Part shown: one piece after another, positions 1-10,187 of the stretch
Position numbering within the stretch: position 1 is the stretch's first letter
How the letters are laid out: the number at the start of each line of letters is the position of its first letter
Assembly (NCBI GenBank): GCA_965248755.1
Contig: OZ252149.1
Span: 1,056,001 to 1,120,000 of the forward strand
DNA length: 64,000 nt
Direction: 5' to 3'
Source of the DNA: Candidatus Latescibacterota bacterium
GTDB lineage: Bacteria > Latescibacterota > CBDEFO01
The notes under the pieces: generated by a model
Database searches by the model: none
Told to the model about the DNA's origin: nothing
The model's input: the letters and a program-made list of their open reading frames with translations, nothing else
Made by a program: the position numbers and the translations under genes

Positions 1-419
1 AGTAACCTGTTATGTTCCTCTTGTTATCAGGGTCGCGTAGGATTGTGGCGTCGTACTTTTCGTACTGTAAACGCAGATCATCTATACGAAAGAGTTCAAA
101 TTCCTCCTGTGAGGGCAGATCGTAGGGAGTAGTTATGTCCGATGCAGATAAGATCTCCTCCTTTTCCAATTTAATGATCCCTGTTTTTGAGCCTGCGGGC
201 TCTTCAAGACTCTCAGGAAAAGTAGCTCTCAACGCACTTTTCCGAAGTTCATCCACCCATCTGCTCGTATCATCAATAGCCGCAAATCCCTCCGGGGGGA
301 GTTCGGGTTTGCCCTTTTTAGGGAGCATCTCCATAACCGCGCTGGGAATTTTGGGTCTTTCCGCAGGATAAAGAGGCCTTACAGGAGCAGGTCTGTAAGG
401 TCTGAAGAACACTTTATAA

Positions 420-2045
420 CCCCCATTCGCCATATTAGACCCGAAAAATGGTTGTCAAAGTCGCCAGAACATGTTATATTACAATAAATAAGACTCATAA
501 ATGGCGGATAAATATTGATCATCCAGAGGGTGAAAGAATGAAAGTAGGTTTTGATGGAGGAATAAAGCTTGAATTTCATGGTGCAAAGGTGACATCAAAC
601 GGTGGACTTCTTGCGTATCGTGACCTTGATTACGCACTGGGATTATTTGATTCGGTATCAGCGGTTTTTACCGATAAACGCACAGGCCGTAATATCCAAC
701 ATGATATATCTACTCTCCTGCGTCAATCGATATACAGCCGTCTTGCAGGATATGAAGATGTAAATGACGCCGAGCGATTATCCGTTGATCCCGTCATGCG
801 AGCGATTACCGGAAAGAAGGACAAAGGCAGGCAAGCTGCCAGCTCCAACACGATAGGACGTTTTGAAACTGATATACTGACTCAGCATGACAATCTCAGA
901 AACTTGTCAGATATCAATGGCAAGTGGGTTCAAAAAGCGATGAGTAAAACACAGCATCAACGAATCATTCTGGACATGGACAGTTCGGAGAGTCCGGTAC
1001 ATGGCCAGCAGGAAGGATCAGCTTACAACGGTCATTTCGGATGTACCTGTTTTCATCCAGTGTTCTGCTTCAATCAGTTCGGGGATTGTGAAGGAGTCCT
1101 ACTTCGCTCTGGTAATGTTCACAGTGCTGATCGTTGGAAGGAAGTTCTGGAACCGATCGTCAAGAGATACGAGAGCAAGAAGAATAGGAAATACTTTCGA
1201 GGCGATGCTGCATTCGCAAAGCCTGAGATTTATGATTATCTGGAGGGAAACGGCTATTTGTATGCCATTCGGCTTCCCGCAAATGAGATACTCTATGAAA
1301 AGATACGATACCTGCTGACTCGGCCAGTTGGACGACCGCCGAGGAAACCGATTGTATCGTTATATGAATTTCAATATAAAGCGGCCAGTTGGGATCAATC
1401 GAGGCGAGTGGTCGCCAAGGTTGAATGGCACCAAGGGGAGTTATTCCCAAGAGTGGGATTTATCGTGACCAACATGAGCGCCAAGCCAGAAGGCGTGGTA
1501 CACTTCTACAATGGCCGTGGCAGAGCTGAGCAGTGGATTAAGGAGGGCAAGTATGCTCTGAACTGGACCCGACTCTCATGCAAGCGTTTCGTCTCCAATC
1601 AGGTGAGGCTCTGGCTGTTTGTTCTGGCTTACAACTTGGGCAACTTCCTGCGACGTTTTGTTCTTCCGAAGAAAATCAAACACTGGTCACTACGCAGCCT
1701 CCTCGTGAAATTTATCAAAATCGGAGCGAAGATTGTCAGACACAGCGGATATATTACGTTTCAAATGGCTGAGGTTGGGATAGACAAGAGGTTATTTGCC
1801 GAAATATTATCCCGGATTGAACGATTGCGATGTTATTCTGTTTAAACTGCCACATTTTTTTGTGAGTCGATGGAGAGGTGTCTCTAATTGGAGGATTTAA
1901 ACACAAAGAAAGTGATAATTCAGAGGAAAATACTATTTTAATTGAAAAAAGTACTTGTTGAAAAATGTAAAAGTGGTAATATTAATTCAGAAACAAGAAT
2001 GTATCGAAATATAATCCCTCATGAATGTGATATGGGGAATGTCGG
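420..2045 (+). mobile_element. IS1380-family insertion sequence, copy 1 (1626 bp)
   Basis: Imperfect terminal IRs (cccccattcgccatatta / rc ccgacattccccatatca); 6-bp TTATAA on both flanks; same length as copy at 28057..29682. Confidence 0.95.
448..1845 (+). CDS. IS1380-family DDE transposase (true start possibly near 514)
   Basis: TSNGGLL, GYEDVND, ILDMDSS, FRGDAAF, YNGRGRAEQWIKEGK motifs typical of IS1380 transposases. Confidence 0.95.
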   Translation: MVVKVARTCYITINKTHKWRINIDHPEGERMKVGFDGGIKLEFHGAKVTSNGGLLAYRDLDYALGLFDSVSAVFTDKRTGRNIQHDISTLLRQSIYSRLAGYEDVNDAERLSVDPVMRAITGKKDKGRQAASSNTIGRFETDILTQHDNLRNLSDINGKWVQKAMSKTQHQRIILDMDSSESPVHGQQEGSAYNGHFGCTCFHPVFCFNQFGDCEGVLLRSGNVHSADRWKEVLEPIVKRYESKKNRKYFRGDAAFAKPEIYDYLEGNGYLYAIRLPANEILYEKIRYLLTRPVGRPPRKPIVSLYEFQYKAASWDQSRRVVAKVEWHQGELFPRVGFIVTNMSAKPEGVVHFYNGRGRAEQWIKEGKYALNWTRLSCKRFVSNQVRLWLFVLAYNLGNFLRRFVLPKKIKHWSLRSLLVKFIKIGAKIVRHSGYITFQMAEVGIDKRLFAEILSRIERLRCYSV

Positions 2046-2182
2046 TTATAAACCTGATCCTCCCTTTCGCCTTTCAATATATAGGCGAGAAAAAACAGAA
2101 AAGAGTGTAAGATCACAGAGGTAGTAAGTGATAGTACAAGGTTCTTATGACTCTTACGGGACATATTCAAGCGTCCTGGCAA

Positions 2183-2328
2183 AAATTGCTTGCACCTTTA
2201 GGTTGCAATTGGTAATATTGTATAGCGAGAAATATGTCTATTTATTAGTGTAACACCCGATAGGGAGCACGGTTACTCTAATACGACATCTGTAATATAG
2301 AGCAAAACTATGCCAGAGTCAAAGCTTA
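2183..2328. repeat. Duplicated upstream region of the DUF4159 genes (second copy ~4166..4310)
   Basis: aaaattgcttgcacctt...ggtaatattgtatagcgagaaat...tatttattagtgtaac...agggagca shared; homology runs into the first codons of the amidase. Confidence 0.85.
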
Positions 2329-2482
2329 TTACCTCCTGAGGCCTTCAGCCATTCCAAGATGCAAAACCCCGAAGCAGTTTCATCCTGCAAGGTCGTTTCA
2401 ACGTTAATCTTGATAAAAGCAGAAAAATTTTAGGGTATCTGTGGAGGCTGTTTTGCAGTTTGGGGATGGTGAGAAGAAAAAA

Positions 2483-4165
2483 TCAGCGCTCGGCGCGTGC
2501 CGGATCTTCAGTTTCTGCGGGAGGAGCATCTGGCAGCGGTTGATAATCTTCGTAGATTCCGGCTATCTTCAGATCAGCGTGCTGTTGTACCCAATCGGGA
2601 TATTCCAAGTAGGGATCGTTGCAAACGAGCCACGGGTCTCTGAAGAATATCTCGTTGTTACCAAACTTAACTGTGACCACCTTCCCATCTATCAACAATA
2701 GATCTACTCTCTCGGACTTTGTGGCATGATGTACTTCCCGACCGCTTCGTATCCTAATGCTCCTATATTGAACCTTAAGTACATAATCTCCGGGCTTAAG
2801 GCCTTTGAACATAATACCGTTGCTGGTATCTGGAATCTCAGAGACATCTAACTTTACGCCATTCAGATAGACGGAAAGCCTATCTGGCTCAATGCTCTTG
2901 TAGGAAGGCACTCTCAAAAGGGCAAGGTATGCTTCTGGAGCAGGTAACTTGTTTTTCTCTTCTCCCCCAAGCTCAGCGACTCGCGGTGTACGCTTCACCC
3001 ACGCGGGCATAGGTCTCGTTTTAACCAGGGATGGTGGGGCGTGTGTGAGGGTGTAGACGATAAGGTTCACGCCGAACTGGAGAAATCTCTCTCCGGTGTC
3101 AGTCCAGCGAGCGGAGATACCGGCTGCGCTTAAGAGAACTGCCAGCCTGTCATCTATCCAGACTCCTTCCAGATAATCATTCGTATTGTCGGGGTTCGGG
3201 ATCGGTGGACCGTTGTCAAAGTCGTAGAAGGCATGATAGAGGGGATGAGCATTAGAAATTCTTCGGAATTCAGGCTCACTGCCCAGCGAGTCCCGCAAGG
3301 CCTCTTTCAGATACATCTTCATCTGTCTGATAAACGCACTCTGATAGAATCCTCCGCCTGAATCTACAAAGAGCGTGCCGCCGCCTCTGAGGTAGATACC
3401 CAAGTTCTCAATTTCGAACTGACTCAGCTTGACCGAGCCGCCACTCATATATATAAGCGGAGCCGAAAAGATAGAACGGGAACTCAGCCGAATGCCGACA
3501 CCCTTTATCTCCGTGCCGATATTTGTGTAGTCCCTCACATAGCGCAGTAGGTTCTCGACTCGTACGTTCGTAAAGGACAGTGTTCCTGCCTGGGTTATGA
3601 AGTGCACGACAGCCATCTTGAAGTAACCTGCAAGCTTCCTTTTGTCATCAGGGTCCCGTATGATTGTGGCGTCGTACTTTTCGTAACGCAGATCATCTAT
3701 ACTAAAGAGTTCAAATTCCTCCTGTGAGGGCAGATCGTAGGGACTAGTTATGTCACATGCCCATAACATCTCCTCTTCTTTAAATTTAATGATCCCTGTT
3801 TTTGAGCCTGAGGTCTCTTCCAGACTCTCAGGAACAGTAGCTCGCAACGCACTTTTCCGAAGTACATCCTTCCATCTGCTAGTATCATCAATGGCCGCAA
3901 TCCCCTCCGGGGGCAGTTCGGGTTTTCCCTCTTTAGGGAGCATCTCCATAACTTCTCTGGGAATTTTGGGTCTTTCCATAGGATAAAGCGGCGTTAGGGG
4001 TGCATGCCTGTAGGGTCTGAAGAACACTGTATATACCTGTTCCTCCCTTTCACCTTTCAATATATAGGCGAGAAAAAACACTAAGGAGTGTAAGATCACA
4101 GAGGCAGTAAGCGATAATACAAGGTTCTTATGGCTCTTGCGGGACATATTCAAGCGTCCTGGCAA
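2483..4165 (-). CDS. DUF4159 domain protein with N-terminal membrane anchor
   Basis: APLIYMSG, YLRGGGTLFVD, HPLYHAFYDF, QFGVNLIVY motifs; hydrophobic N-terminal helix. Confidence 0.8.
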   Translation of the reverse strand: MPGRLNMSRKSHKNLVLSLTASVILHSLVFFLAYILKGEREEQVYTVFFRPYRHAPLTPLYPMERPKIPREVMEMLPKEGKPELPPEGIAAIDDTSRWKDVLRKSALRATVPESLEETSGSKTGIIKFKEEEMLWACDITSPYDLPSQEEFELFSIDDLRYEKYDATIIRDPDDKRKLAGYFKMAVVHFITQAGTLSFTNVRVENLLRYVRDYTNIGTEIKGVGIRLSSRSIFSAPLIYMSGGSVKLSQFEIENLGIYLRGGGTLFVDSGGGFYQSAFIRQMKMYLKEALRDSLGSEPEFRRISNAHPLYHAFYDFDNGPPIPNPDNTNDYLEGVWIDDRLAVLLSAAGISARWTDTGERFLQFGVNLIVYTLTHAPPSLVKTRPMPAWVKRTPRVAELGGEEKNKLPAPEAYLALLRVPSYKSIEPDRLSVYLNGVKLDVSEIPDTSNGIMFKGLKPGDYVLKVQYRSIRIRSGREVHHATKSERVDLLLIDGKVVTVKFGNNEIFFRDPWLVCNDPYLEYPDWVQQHADLKIAGIYEDYQPLPDAPPAETEDPARAER

Positions 4166-4292
4166 AAATTGCTTGCACCTTCAGGTTGTGATTGGTAATA
4201 TTGTATAGCGAGAAATTTGTCTATTTATTAGTGTAACGCCCGGTAGGGAGCAAGGTTGCCCTGATCTGCTGGCTGCAATATAAAGAAAAACG

Positions 4293-6701
4293 GTGCCAAA
4301 GTCAAATCTTAGAATCCCCCTCTTTCTGTTGACGGTTCTGATCTCAGGGTGCTCTATAGTGCCCTTCTTGTCCCGGCGGGACGACGCCTACAGTTTTCTT
4401 GTAGAATCTCTGGATGATCTGGATGTGTCCGCGCTTCAGGGGAAGGTCATAGTCATAGACCCCGGACACGGAGGCAGGTTCTCAGGCGCTGTGGGCAAGA
4501 AGGACCTGAAGGAGGCAGACGTAAATTTAGGGGTGGCTTTGAAGTTAGCTCGCCTCCTCTTAGAAGGCGGGACTTACGTTGTTCTAACGAGGTACAGCAA
4601 AGGAGATCTCCTGCCGCTTGGGAGAAAAGATGTGGATACCCCCCTTTTGAAGGAAGACCTTCAGGCGCGGGTGGATATTTCCAATAACATAGAGCCCGAT
4701 CTTTTCATCTCCATACACCACAACTCCGATGCGAAGACGAATAGGGACGTCAACAATACAAAGGTCTTTTACAAGATGTCGGACGAAGGGCCATCTTTAG
4801 ACGCGGGCAGGGACATACACCGTCGTTTGGTGCAGAACTTAAGGATCACAAGCCCGGACAACAAGGTCCTCCCGGGAAATTACTTTGTTCTCAGAAATAA
4901 CAAGACCGCGGCTATTTTGGGCGAACCTTCGTATATATCGAACCCCAAGATTGAAAAGAAGCTGAAAACACAGGATGCACAGTTGCTTGAGGCGCAGAGC
5001 TATTTTCTGGGGATCCTGGACTATTTTGCACGGCAAGTCCCTCGGGTCCTTAACCTCTCTCCCCGGGATACCACCATTTCGGATGCAAGACCCACAATAG
5101 AGGGATTTGTCACAGACGGAGAAGGAGGAGCGGGGATTGACCCTCAGACAATAGTTATGACGCTGGACGGGGAAAGGATCGCACACATCTTCGATCCTCA
5201 AAGAGGGACAGTCAGCTACAGACATCCTGATAGACTCTCCAATTCTCTTCATACAATATCTTTGTCTGCAAGGAATCTGCGTGGAAATTCTTCAAATCTT
5301 GCCAGTGCAAGCTTCTACGTATCTCTTCCTCCCGCCCGGATCCACCTTTCTGTCCGACCGGAGATGGCTCCACCTGAGAGTGGAATCCCCCTTATGATAA
5401 GGGCTTTTGTAACCGATAAAGATAGGATGCCTGTCATGGATGGCACCGAGGTCGTTTTTGCTTCAACGTTGGGGAGATTTGAATTGGATACGCTCACGAC
5501 GGAGAACGGAATTGCCAGGGCGTATCTCTTTTCGTCCCGGCCGGGCGATATGCAGATAACTGCTTCGGATGGGAATATAGAAAATCACATTATTGCGAGT
5601 TTCGACTCGATCGGGGGACTTCTGGCCATAAGGGTCAAAGGGGGCTTAGATAATCGCCCGTTGAAGGGAGCAAGGATAACTGTAGACTCCGACATACCTT
5701 CAAGGAGTGAGCGACCCACCTTCTCAAATGCAGAGGGCTATCTGATCATAGAGGATTTTGAGTCGGGGATGCATCGGGTCTTCGTGGAAAAAGATGGATA
5801 CGTCCCTCAGAGTCTGAATATAAATATAGACGACGGCAAATCGTCTTTTTTGAAAGTTGAACTTTCTCCGGTATCAGGCGGAGTCCTTTGGGGTCGAAAG
5901 ATAGTGATAGACCCCGCTTTCGGAGGCGAAGAGACAGGTCCGATGGGTCTTTGGGGGACGCGGGCTTCGGACATAAATTTAGGCGTAGCGCGGTTCGTAG
6001 CGGAATATCTTAGAAAGGCAGGCGCGATAGATCATCTAACGAGGGATGGCGACAAAAGCGCGACACCTCTTCAGAGAGTTCAGGTCGCCTCGCGTGCATC
6101 TGCTGACCTTTTTATCTCAATCTCATACGAAGCTTATAGAAAGGACAATCCAGCCCGGAGTAGTCGCACCACCCGGACAGGACACTATCCCCAAAGTCCG
6201 GAGGGTAAAAGACTGGCAGAGGCTATTCAAGAGGAGGTAGTATCGGCCCTAAAAACTCAGGACGGTGGGACATATCAGGACGCAAGCTACGTGGTTCAGC
6301 AGACACCTTGCCCGGCGGTGTTGATCACGCCATCTTTCTTTTCCGACCCACAGGAAGAGCCTATCCTCATGGAGCCTTCCTGGCTTAAAAAGACGGCGTA
6401 CGCTATCTATAAAGGAGTACTGCGGCACTACGGTACACCCGATTCTTCTACTATCTCAGGTAAGATATTAGACAATCTATCCAGGCCGTTAGGGGACGCC
6501 TTAGTAGTTTTAGACGATTATCTTCCCGTTCAAACAGAAAAGGACGGGGCATTTTCATTTGGTTATATTGAGGGTGCAAGCCATAAGATCAGAGCAAGCA
6601 GAGGAGGATATAAAGGTGCTCAGGTGGAAGTAAATGTGGAGAGGGGAGAGCAAAGACACATAGAGATAAGTCTCCATCCAGAAGGAGCAGAACCCGGCTA
6701 A
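4293..6701 (+). CDS. Lipoprotein N-acetylmuramoyl-L-alanine amidase with two Amidase_3 domains and Ig/carboxypeptidase-regulatory-like domains
   Basis: Lipobox ISGC; domain 1 has IDPGHGG/KEADVN/SIHHN/GEPSY; domain 2 has IDPAFGG/ASDIN/SISY. Confidence 0.9.
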   Translation: MPKSNLRIPLFLLTVLISGCSIVPFLSRRDDAYSFLVESLDDLDVSALQGKVIVIDPGHGGRFSGAVGKKDLKEADVNLGVALKLARLLLEGGTYVVLTRYSKGDLLPLGRKDVDTPLLKEDLQARVDISNNIEPDLFISIHHNSDAKTNRDVNNTKVFYKMSDEGPSLDAGRDIHRRLVQNLRITSPDNKVLPGNYFVLRNNKTAAILGEPSYISNPKIEKKLKTQDAQLLEAQSYFLGILDYFARQVPRVLNLSPRDTTISDARPTIEGFVTDGEGGAGIDPQTIVMTLDGERIAHIFDPQRGTVSYRHPDRLSNSLHTISLSARNLRGNSSNLASASFYVSLPPARIHLSVRPEMAPPESGIPLMIRAFVTDKDRMPVMDGTEVVFASTLGRFELDTLTTENGIARAYLFSSRPGDMQITASDGNIENHIIASFDSIGGLLAIRVKGGLDNRPLKGARITVDSDIPSRSERPTFSNAEGYLIIEDFESGMHRVFVEKDGYVPQSLNINIDDGKSSFLKVELSPVSGGVLWGRKIVIDPAFGGEETGPMGLWGTRASDINLGVARFVAEYLRKAGAIDHLTRDGDKSATPLQRVQVASRASADLFISISYEAYRKDNPARSSRTTRTGHYPQSPEGKRLAEAIQEEVVSALKTQDGGTYQDASYVVQQTPCPAVLITPSFFSDPQEEPILMEPSWLKKTAYAIYKGVLRHYGTPDSSTISGKILDNLSRPLGDALVVLDDYLPVQTEKDGAFSFGYIEGASHKIRASRGGYKGAQVEVNVERGEQRHIEISLHPEGAEPG

Positions 6702-6828
6702 TAAGATATACAATAGAAAAAGCTTTGGTTTTTTTATATAACTTCGCTTATATTTATAATCGAGACCTCTGTGATTTTGACCTTAAGGAAGGAAAGAAAC
6801 TGTCGGTTGATCAGGGAATAGATGGACC

Positions 6829-7258
6829 CTCGACACCGCTGATTTCCAAAACGGAATAGGCATCAAGCGCGCAAAGGCTTTAGCGTCGGTCAGCATAGAG
6901 ACCGTAGAAGATCTTCTCTATTACATCCCCCGAAGATATATAGACAGGAGTTCGATCATATCAATATCCGATCTGCCCTTCGACGAGCAGGTCACGGCGA
7001 TAGGACAGGTGGAAAAGACAACAGATTTCGGCGGTAAGGGAAGACGATTCGTCATGACCTCAGGGGACGGAACGGGCTATTTAAGCTGTGTGTAGTTTGG
7101 GGGAATCGACTACGTAAAACGGGCGTTTTAGAGCCAGTAAAGAGGCGTTTGATCTGATCGAAAGTGAACCCAGGTTGGAGAACTCCGAAAACCGGCATGT
7201 AAAAGAGATCCTTAAAGAAAGGTATATAGGGAAAATTGGGCTTGCTGAAGTGGGTTGA
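6829..7258 (+). pseudogene. recG: recG remnant with large internal deletion
   Basis: Translates as NGIGIKRAKALASVSIETVEDLLYYIPRRYIDRS...GDGTGYLSCV*F (RecG N-terminus) joined at ~7130 to ASKEAFDLIESEPRLE...KERYIGKIGLAEVG* (RecG-like C-terminus). Confidence 0.8.
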
Positions 7259-7295
7259 TCAGACTTAATCGGCATATTCAAAAGGCACGGCTTTA

Positions 7296-7370
7296 AAGCT
7301 TATGCCTAAAAAGCTTATGCCTAAAAAGCTTATGCCTAACAAGTTTATGTCTAACAAGTTTATGTCTAAG
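7296..7370 (+). repeat. 5 x 15-bp tandem repeat spanning the pfkB start (AAGYTTATGYCTAAN)
   Basis: Directly visible; encodes MPKKL-MPKKL-MPNKF-MSNKF-MSKKI. Confidence 0.95.
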
Positions 7371-8303
7371 AAGATTGCAGTTGTCGGCACGGTCAACAGG
7401 GATACTATACGGGCGGCAGACGGAGTTGTAACTGAAAGCTATGGTGGTCTGTTGTACAGTGTTCTGCCTTTGGCTGCCATAGCTGAGTCCGATGCCGTCA
7501 TATTTCCCCTGTGCAATCTGGGAGAGGATGCCTCCGAAAAAGTATTAGGCTTCCTAAAAAGGTGCGACTCTATTGATATAAGCGGCGTTGAAGTGGTGGC
7601 AGAAAAGAACAACCACTGTATCATACAGTACTACCAGGATGGGCATAAGGACGAAACGCTGTTGGGAGGTGTGCCTGCCCTTACGTACGAACGATTGGAG
7701 CCATTTTTGGACTGCGACGCCATCTGTTTTAACTTTATATCGGGATTTGAGATCAGCATTAATGATTTAAAGAAAGTAAAGAGATTTACTGATGCACTCA
7801 TCTTTATGGATGTTCACAGCCTTACCCTTGGGATAGACAGCAATCGCAAGAGATTTCAAAGAAAGCCCGATTCGTGGGAGGAGTGGTTTTCAGAGACAGA
7901 TGTTGTTCAGATGAACGAGGCCGAAGCGGAGCTCCTATATGGGTCAAAGATAGAGACAAAAGAGGACTTTGTAAAGTTCGGTCGGAAACTATTAAATCTT
8001 GGCTCTGATGGAGTCATAATTACGCATGGAGGTGATGGCTCAATATGTATGTATAGGGGTGTGGGGGGCAAGATGGCGTTAGAAAAGACCGATGCGTTCA
8101 AATTTGAGCAGGTCCTTGACCAGACAGGTTGTGGAGATGTATTCCTTGCAGCCTTTGCCTGGGAGTATCTCAAGACCGGGGATTTCCCGTCTGCATCGGT
8201 CTTTGCAAACAAGGCAGCGGGATCCAACTGCTGTCTGAGAGGCATCGAGGAGACATACAAGATCAGAGATTATCTGACTTTAACAACAAACGCAGGAGAG
8301 TAA
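7302..8303 (+). CDS. PfkB-family carbohydrate kinase
   Basis: VVGTVNRD N-terminal motif, MNEAEA, DQTGCGDVF signature. Confidence 0.9.
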   Translation: MPKKLMPKKLMPNKFMSNKFMSKKIAVVGTVNRDTIRAADGVVTESYGGLLYSVLPLAAIAESDAVIFPLCNLGEDASEKVLGFLKRCDSIDISGVEVVAEKNNHCIIQYYQDGHKDETLLGGVPALTYERLEPFLDCDAICFNFISGFEISINDLKKVKRFTDALIFMDVHSLTLGIDSNRKRFQRKPDSWEEWFSETDVVQMNEAEAELLYGSKIETKEDFVKFGRKLLNLGSDGVIITHGGDGSICMYRGVGGKMALEKTDAFKFEQVLDQTGCGDVFLAAFAWEYLKTGDFPSASVFANKAAGSNCCLRGIEETYKIRDYLTLTTNAGE

Positions 8304-8344
8304 GAAAACGTAGAGCTCTCCGGCGCAGAAGGGAGTGTTTCTAT

Positions 8345-9322
8345 ATGCAGCAGTACGATTTTCCGAGGAATCCGTTCCCCTTCGAGGTGACAGCCAGTAA
8401 GATCTACATCGGATTGGCAATATTGGCGTTGATCTGGTTGGCCAGCGGGATATATATAGTCGACCCTGGTGAACAGGGGGTCGTAAGGAGGTACGGGGAG
8501 ATGGTGGATGTAGTGGATGAGGGACTGCACTGGCACTTTCCGTCCCCGATAGAGACAGTGGATACGCCGACTGTGGACCGCATCAGGAGGATCGAGGTAG
8601 GCTTCAGGACAATTGCCCAAGGGCCTCCTGCTCGGTACCGTAATGTTCCCAGTGAGGCGGAGATGCTGACAGGCGACGAGAATATCGTAGGTATTTGGAT
8701 CGCAGTTCAGTACAGGATAAAGGACGCAGCGAACTATCTGTTCAAGATCAAGAATCCTGAGATTACGATAAAGGTCGCGGCTGAGGCGGCGCTGAGGCAG
8801 GTGGTAGGGAATCACAGAATTGACGAGGCGCTCACAGAGGGGAAAGCCATGATTCAGACGGAGACCGAACAGGAGCTCCAGAAGATCCTGGACATATACG
8901 AGTCAGGCATAGCGGTAGTAACCGTGAAGCTCCAGGAGGTGTTCGTCCCCAAAGAGGTAGATCAGGCGTTTAAAGATGTTGCTTCGGCAAGGGAGGACAG
9001 GGAGCGGCTAAAAAGAGAAGCCGAGGGCTACCAGAACGATGTCATCCCTAAAGCGAGAGGAAATGCAGAAAAGCTGATCAAGGGATCCGAAGCCTACAAA
9101 GTGGAGAGGGTAAACAGAGCCCAGGGCGACGCCCACAGATTCCTTCAGGTTCTGGCAGAGTACAAGAAGGCCAAAAAGGTCACAAAGACCAGATTGTATT
9201 TAGAGACTATGGAGAAGGTGCTCCCCGGCCTCCAGAAGTACGTGATTAAGGCGGAGGGAAATAGCGGAATTTTGAACGTTCTGCCGTTGGAAAGAGCAAT
9301 AGGAAAAGGAGGAGGAAGATGA
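8345..9322 (+). CDS. hflK: FtsH modulator HflK
   Basis: SPFH domain, MLTGDENIV, RLYLETME; start moved to ATG 8345. Confidence 0.93.
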   Translation: MQQYDFPRNPFPFEVTASKIYIGLAILALIWLASGIYIVDPGEQGVVRRYGEMVDVVDEGLHWHFPSPIETVDTPTVDRIRRIEVGFRTIAQGPPARYRNVPSEAEMLTGDENIVGIWIAVQYRIKDAANYLFKIKNPEITIKVAAEAALRQVVGNHRIDEALTEGKAMIQTETEQELQKILDIYESGIAVVTVKLQEVFVPKEVDQAFKDVASAREDRERLKREAEGYQNDVIPKARGNAEKLIKGSEAYKVERVNRAQGDAHRFLQVLAEYKKAKKVTKTRLYLETMEKVLPGLQKYVIKAEGNSGILNVLPLERAIGKGGGR

Positions 9323-10185
9323 AAGGAGCTGTAGTTACACTGGCGATATTGATCATATTGATCATAGCCTCAAGCTTCGTCATCTACACTGTGGATGAGA
9401 AGGAGCAGGTCGTCATAACTCAGGTCGGGAAGATAGTAAGGGTGGTCAAAGAGCCCGGACTCTATTTTAAGCTCCCGTTCCCGATGCAGAAGGTGATCCT
9501 GTTCGACAAGCGGATCTTAGAGTACGATGCCGATCCTAAGGTTATCTACACGAAGGATAAGAAGAACCTGATAGTAGATAATTATGCGCGTTGGAGGATC
9601 GAAGATCCCCAGATGTTCCTGGAGAAGATAAGGACCGAAAGATCCGCCCAGCCCAGATTGGACGATATAGTCTATGCAGCTTTAAGGGAGGAATTGGGAA
9701 AGCACACGTTGATAGAAGTGATCTCCGAAGAGCGTAAGAACATCATGGAGACTGTAACGAATTTATCTAGAGAGAATGCCAAGGACTACGGGATAGAGGT
9801 GATAGATGTGAGAATAAAGAGAGCGGACCTTCCGCCGGAAAACGAAAGGTCGGTCTTCGACAGGATGAAGGCGGAGAGGAGCCGTCAGGCCAAGCAGTAC
9901 AGATCCGAGGGTGAAGAAGAGGCTCTCAAGATACGTGCCCAGACAAATCTGGACGCGGCGACGATCGGCGCGGAGGCATACAAAAAGGCTCAGGAGATGA
10001 AGGGACAGGGAGACGCTGAGGCGCTCAAGATATACGCCCAGGCGTATCAACAGGACCCTGGTTTCTATGAGTTTGTAAGGACTCTCGAGGCGTACGAAGT
10101 GTCGATAGACGCCAACACTGTACTTGTGCTTCCGCCCGAATCCGATTTCTTCCGGTACTTGGCAGACGGTGTAAGCTCGAGGTAG
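9319..10185 (+). CDS. hflC: FtsH modulator HflC
   Basis: TKDKKNLIVDNYARWRI, RMKAER, FYEFVRTLEAY; coupled to hflK. Confidence 0.93.
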   Translation: MKGAVVTLAILIILIIASSFVIYTVDEKEQVVITQVGKIVRVVKEPGLYFKLPFPMQKVILFDKRILEYDADPKVIYTKDKKNLIVDNYARWRIEDPQMFLEKIRTERSAQPRLDDIVYAALREELGKHTLIEVISEERKNIMETVTNLSRENAKDYGIEVIDVRIKRADLPPENERSVFDRMKAERSRQAKQYRSEGEEEALKIRAQTNLDAATIGAEAYKKAQEMKGQGDAEALKIYAQAYQQDPGFYEFVRTLEAYEVSIDANTVLVLPPESDFFRYLADGVSSR

Positions 10186-10187
10186 GC

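Larger units (their letters stand above)
1..2182 (-). pseudogene. DUF4159-family paralog interrupted by IS1380; continues off the left edge
   Basis: N-terminus MPGRLNMSRKSHKNLVLSL is near-identical to 2483..4165. Removing 420..2045 and one TTATAA restores a sequence colinear with the paralog (aacactttataaacctgatcc vs aacactgtatatacctgttcc). Confidence 0.9.

Noticed and set aside
2301..2315. Sigma54 promoter (minus strand TGGCATAGTTTTGCT)
   Set aside because: GG-to-GC spacing is one base short of consensus, and the duplicate copy lacks the GC.
7296..7370. CRISPR array
   Set aside because: Head-to-tail 15-bp units with no spacers; no cas genes in the window.
8129..8344. N-terminal extensions in the ORF track (hflK, also 48995 and 21668 starts)
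   Set aside because: They overlap neighbouring genes; downstream ATGs fit the RBS and family length better.
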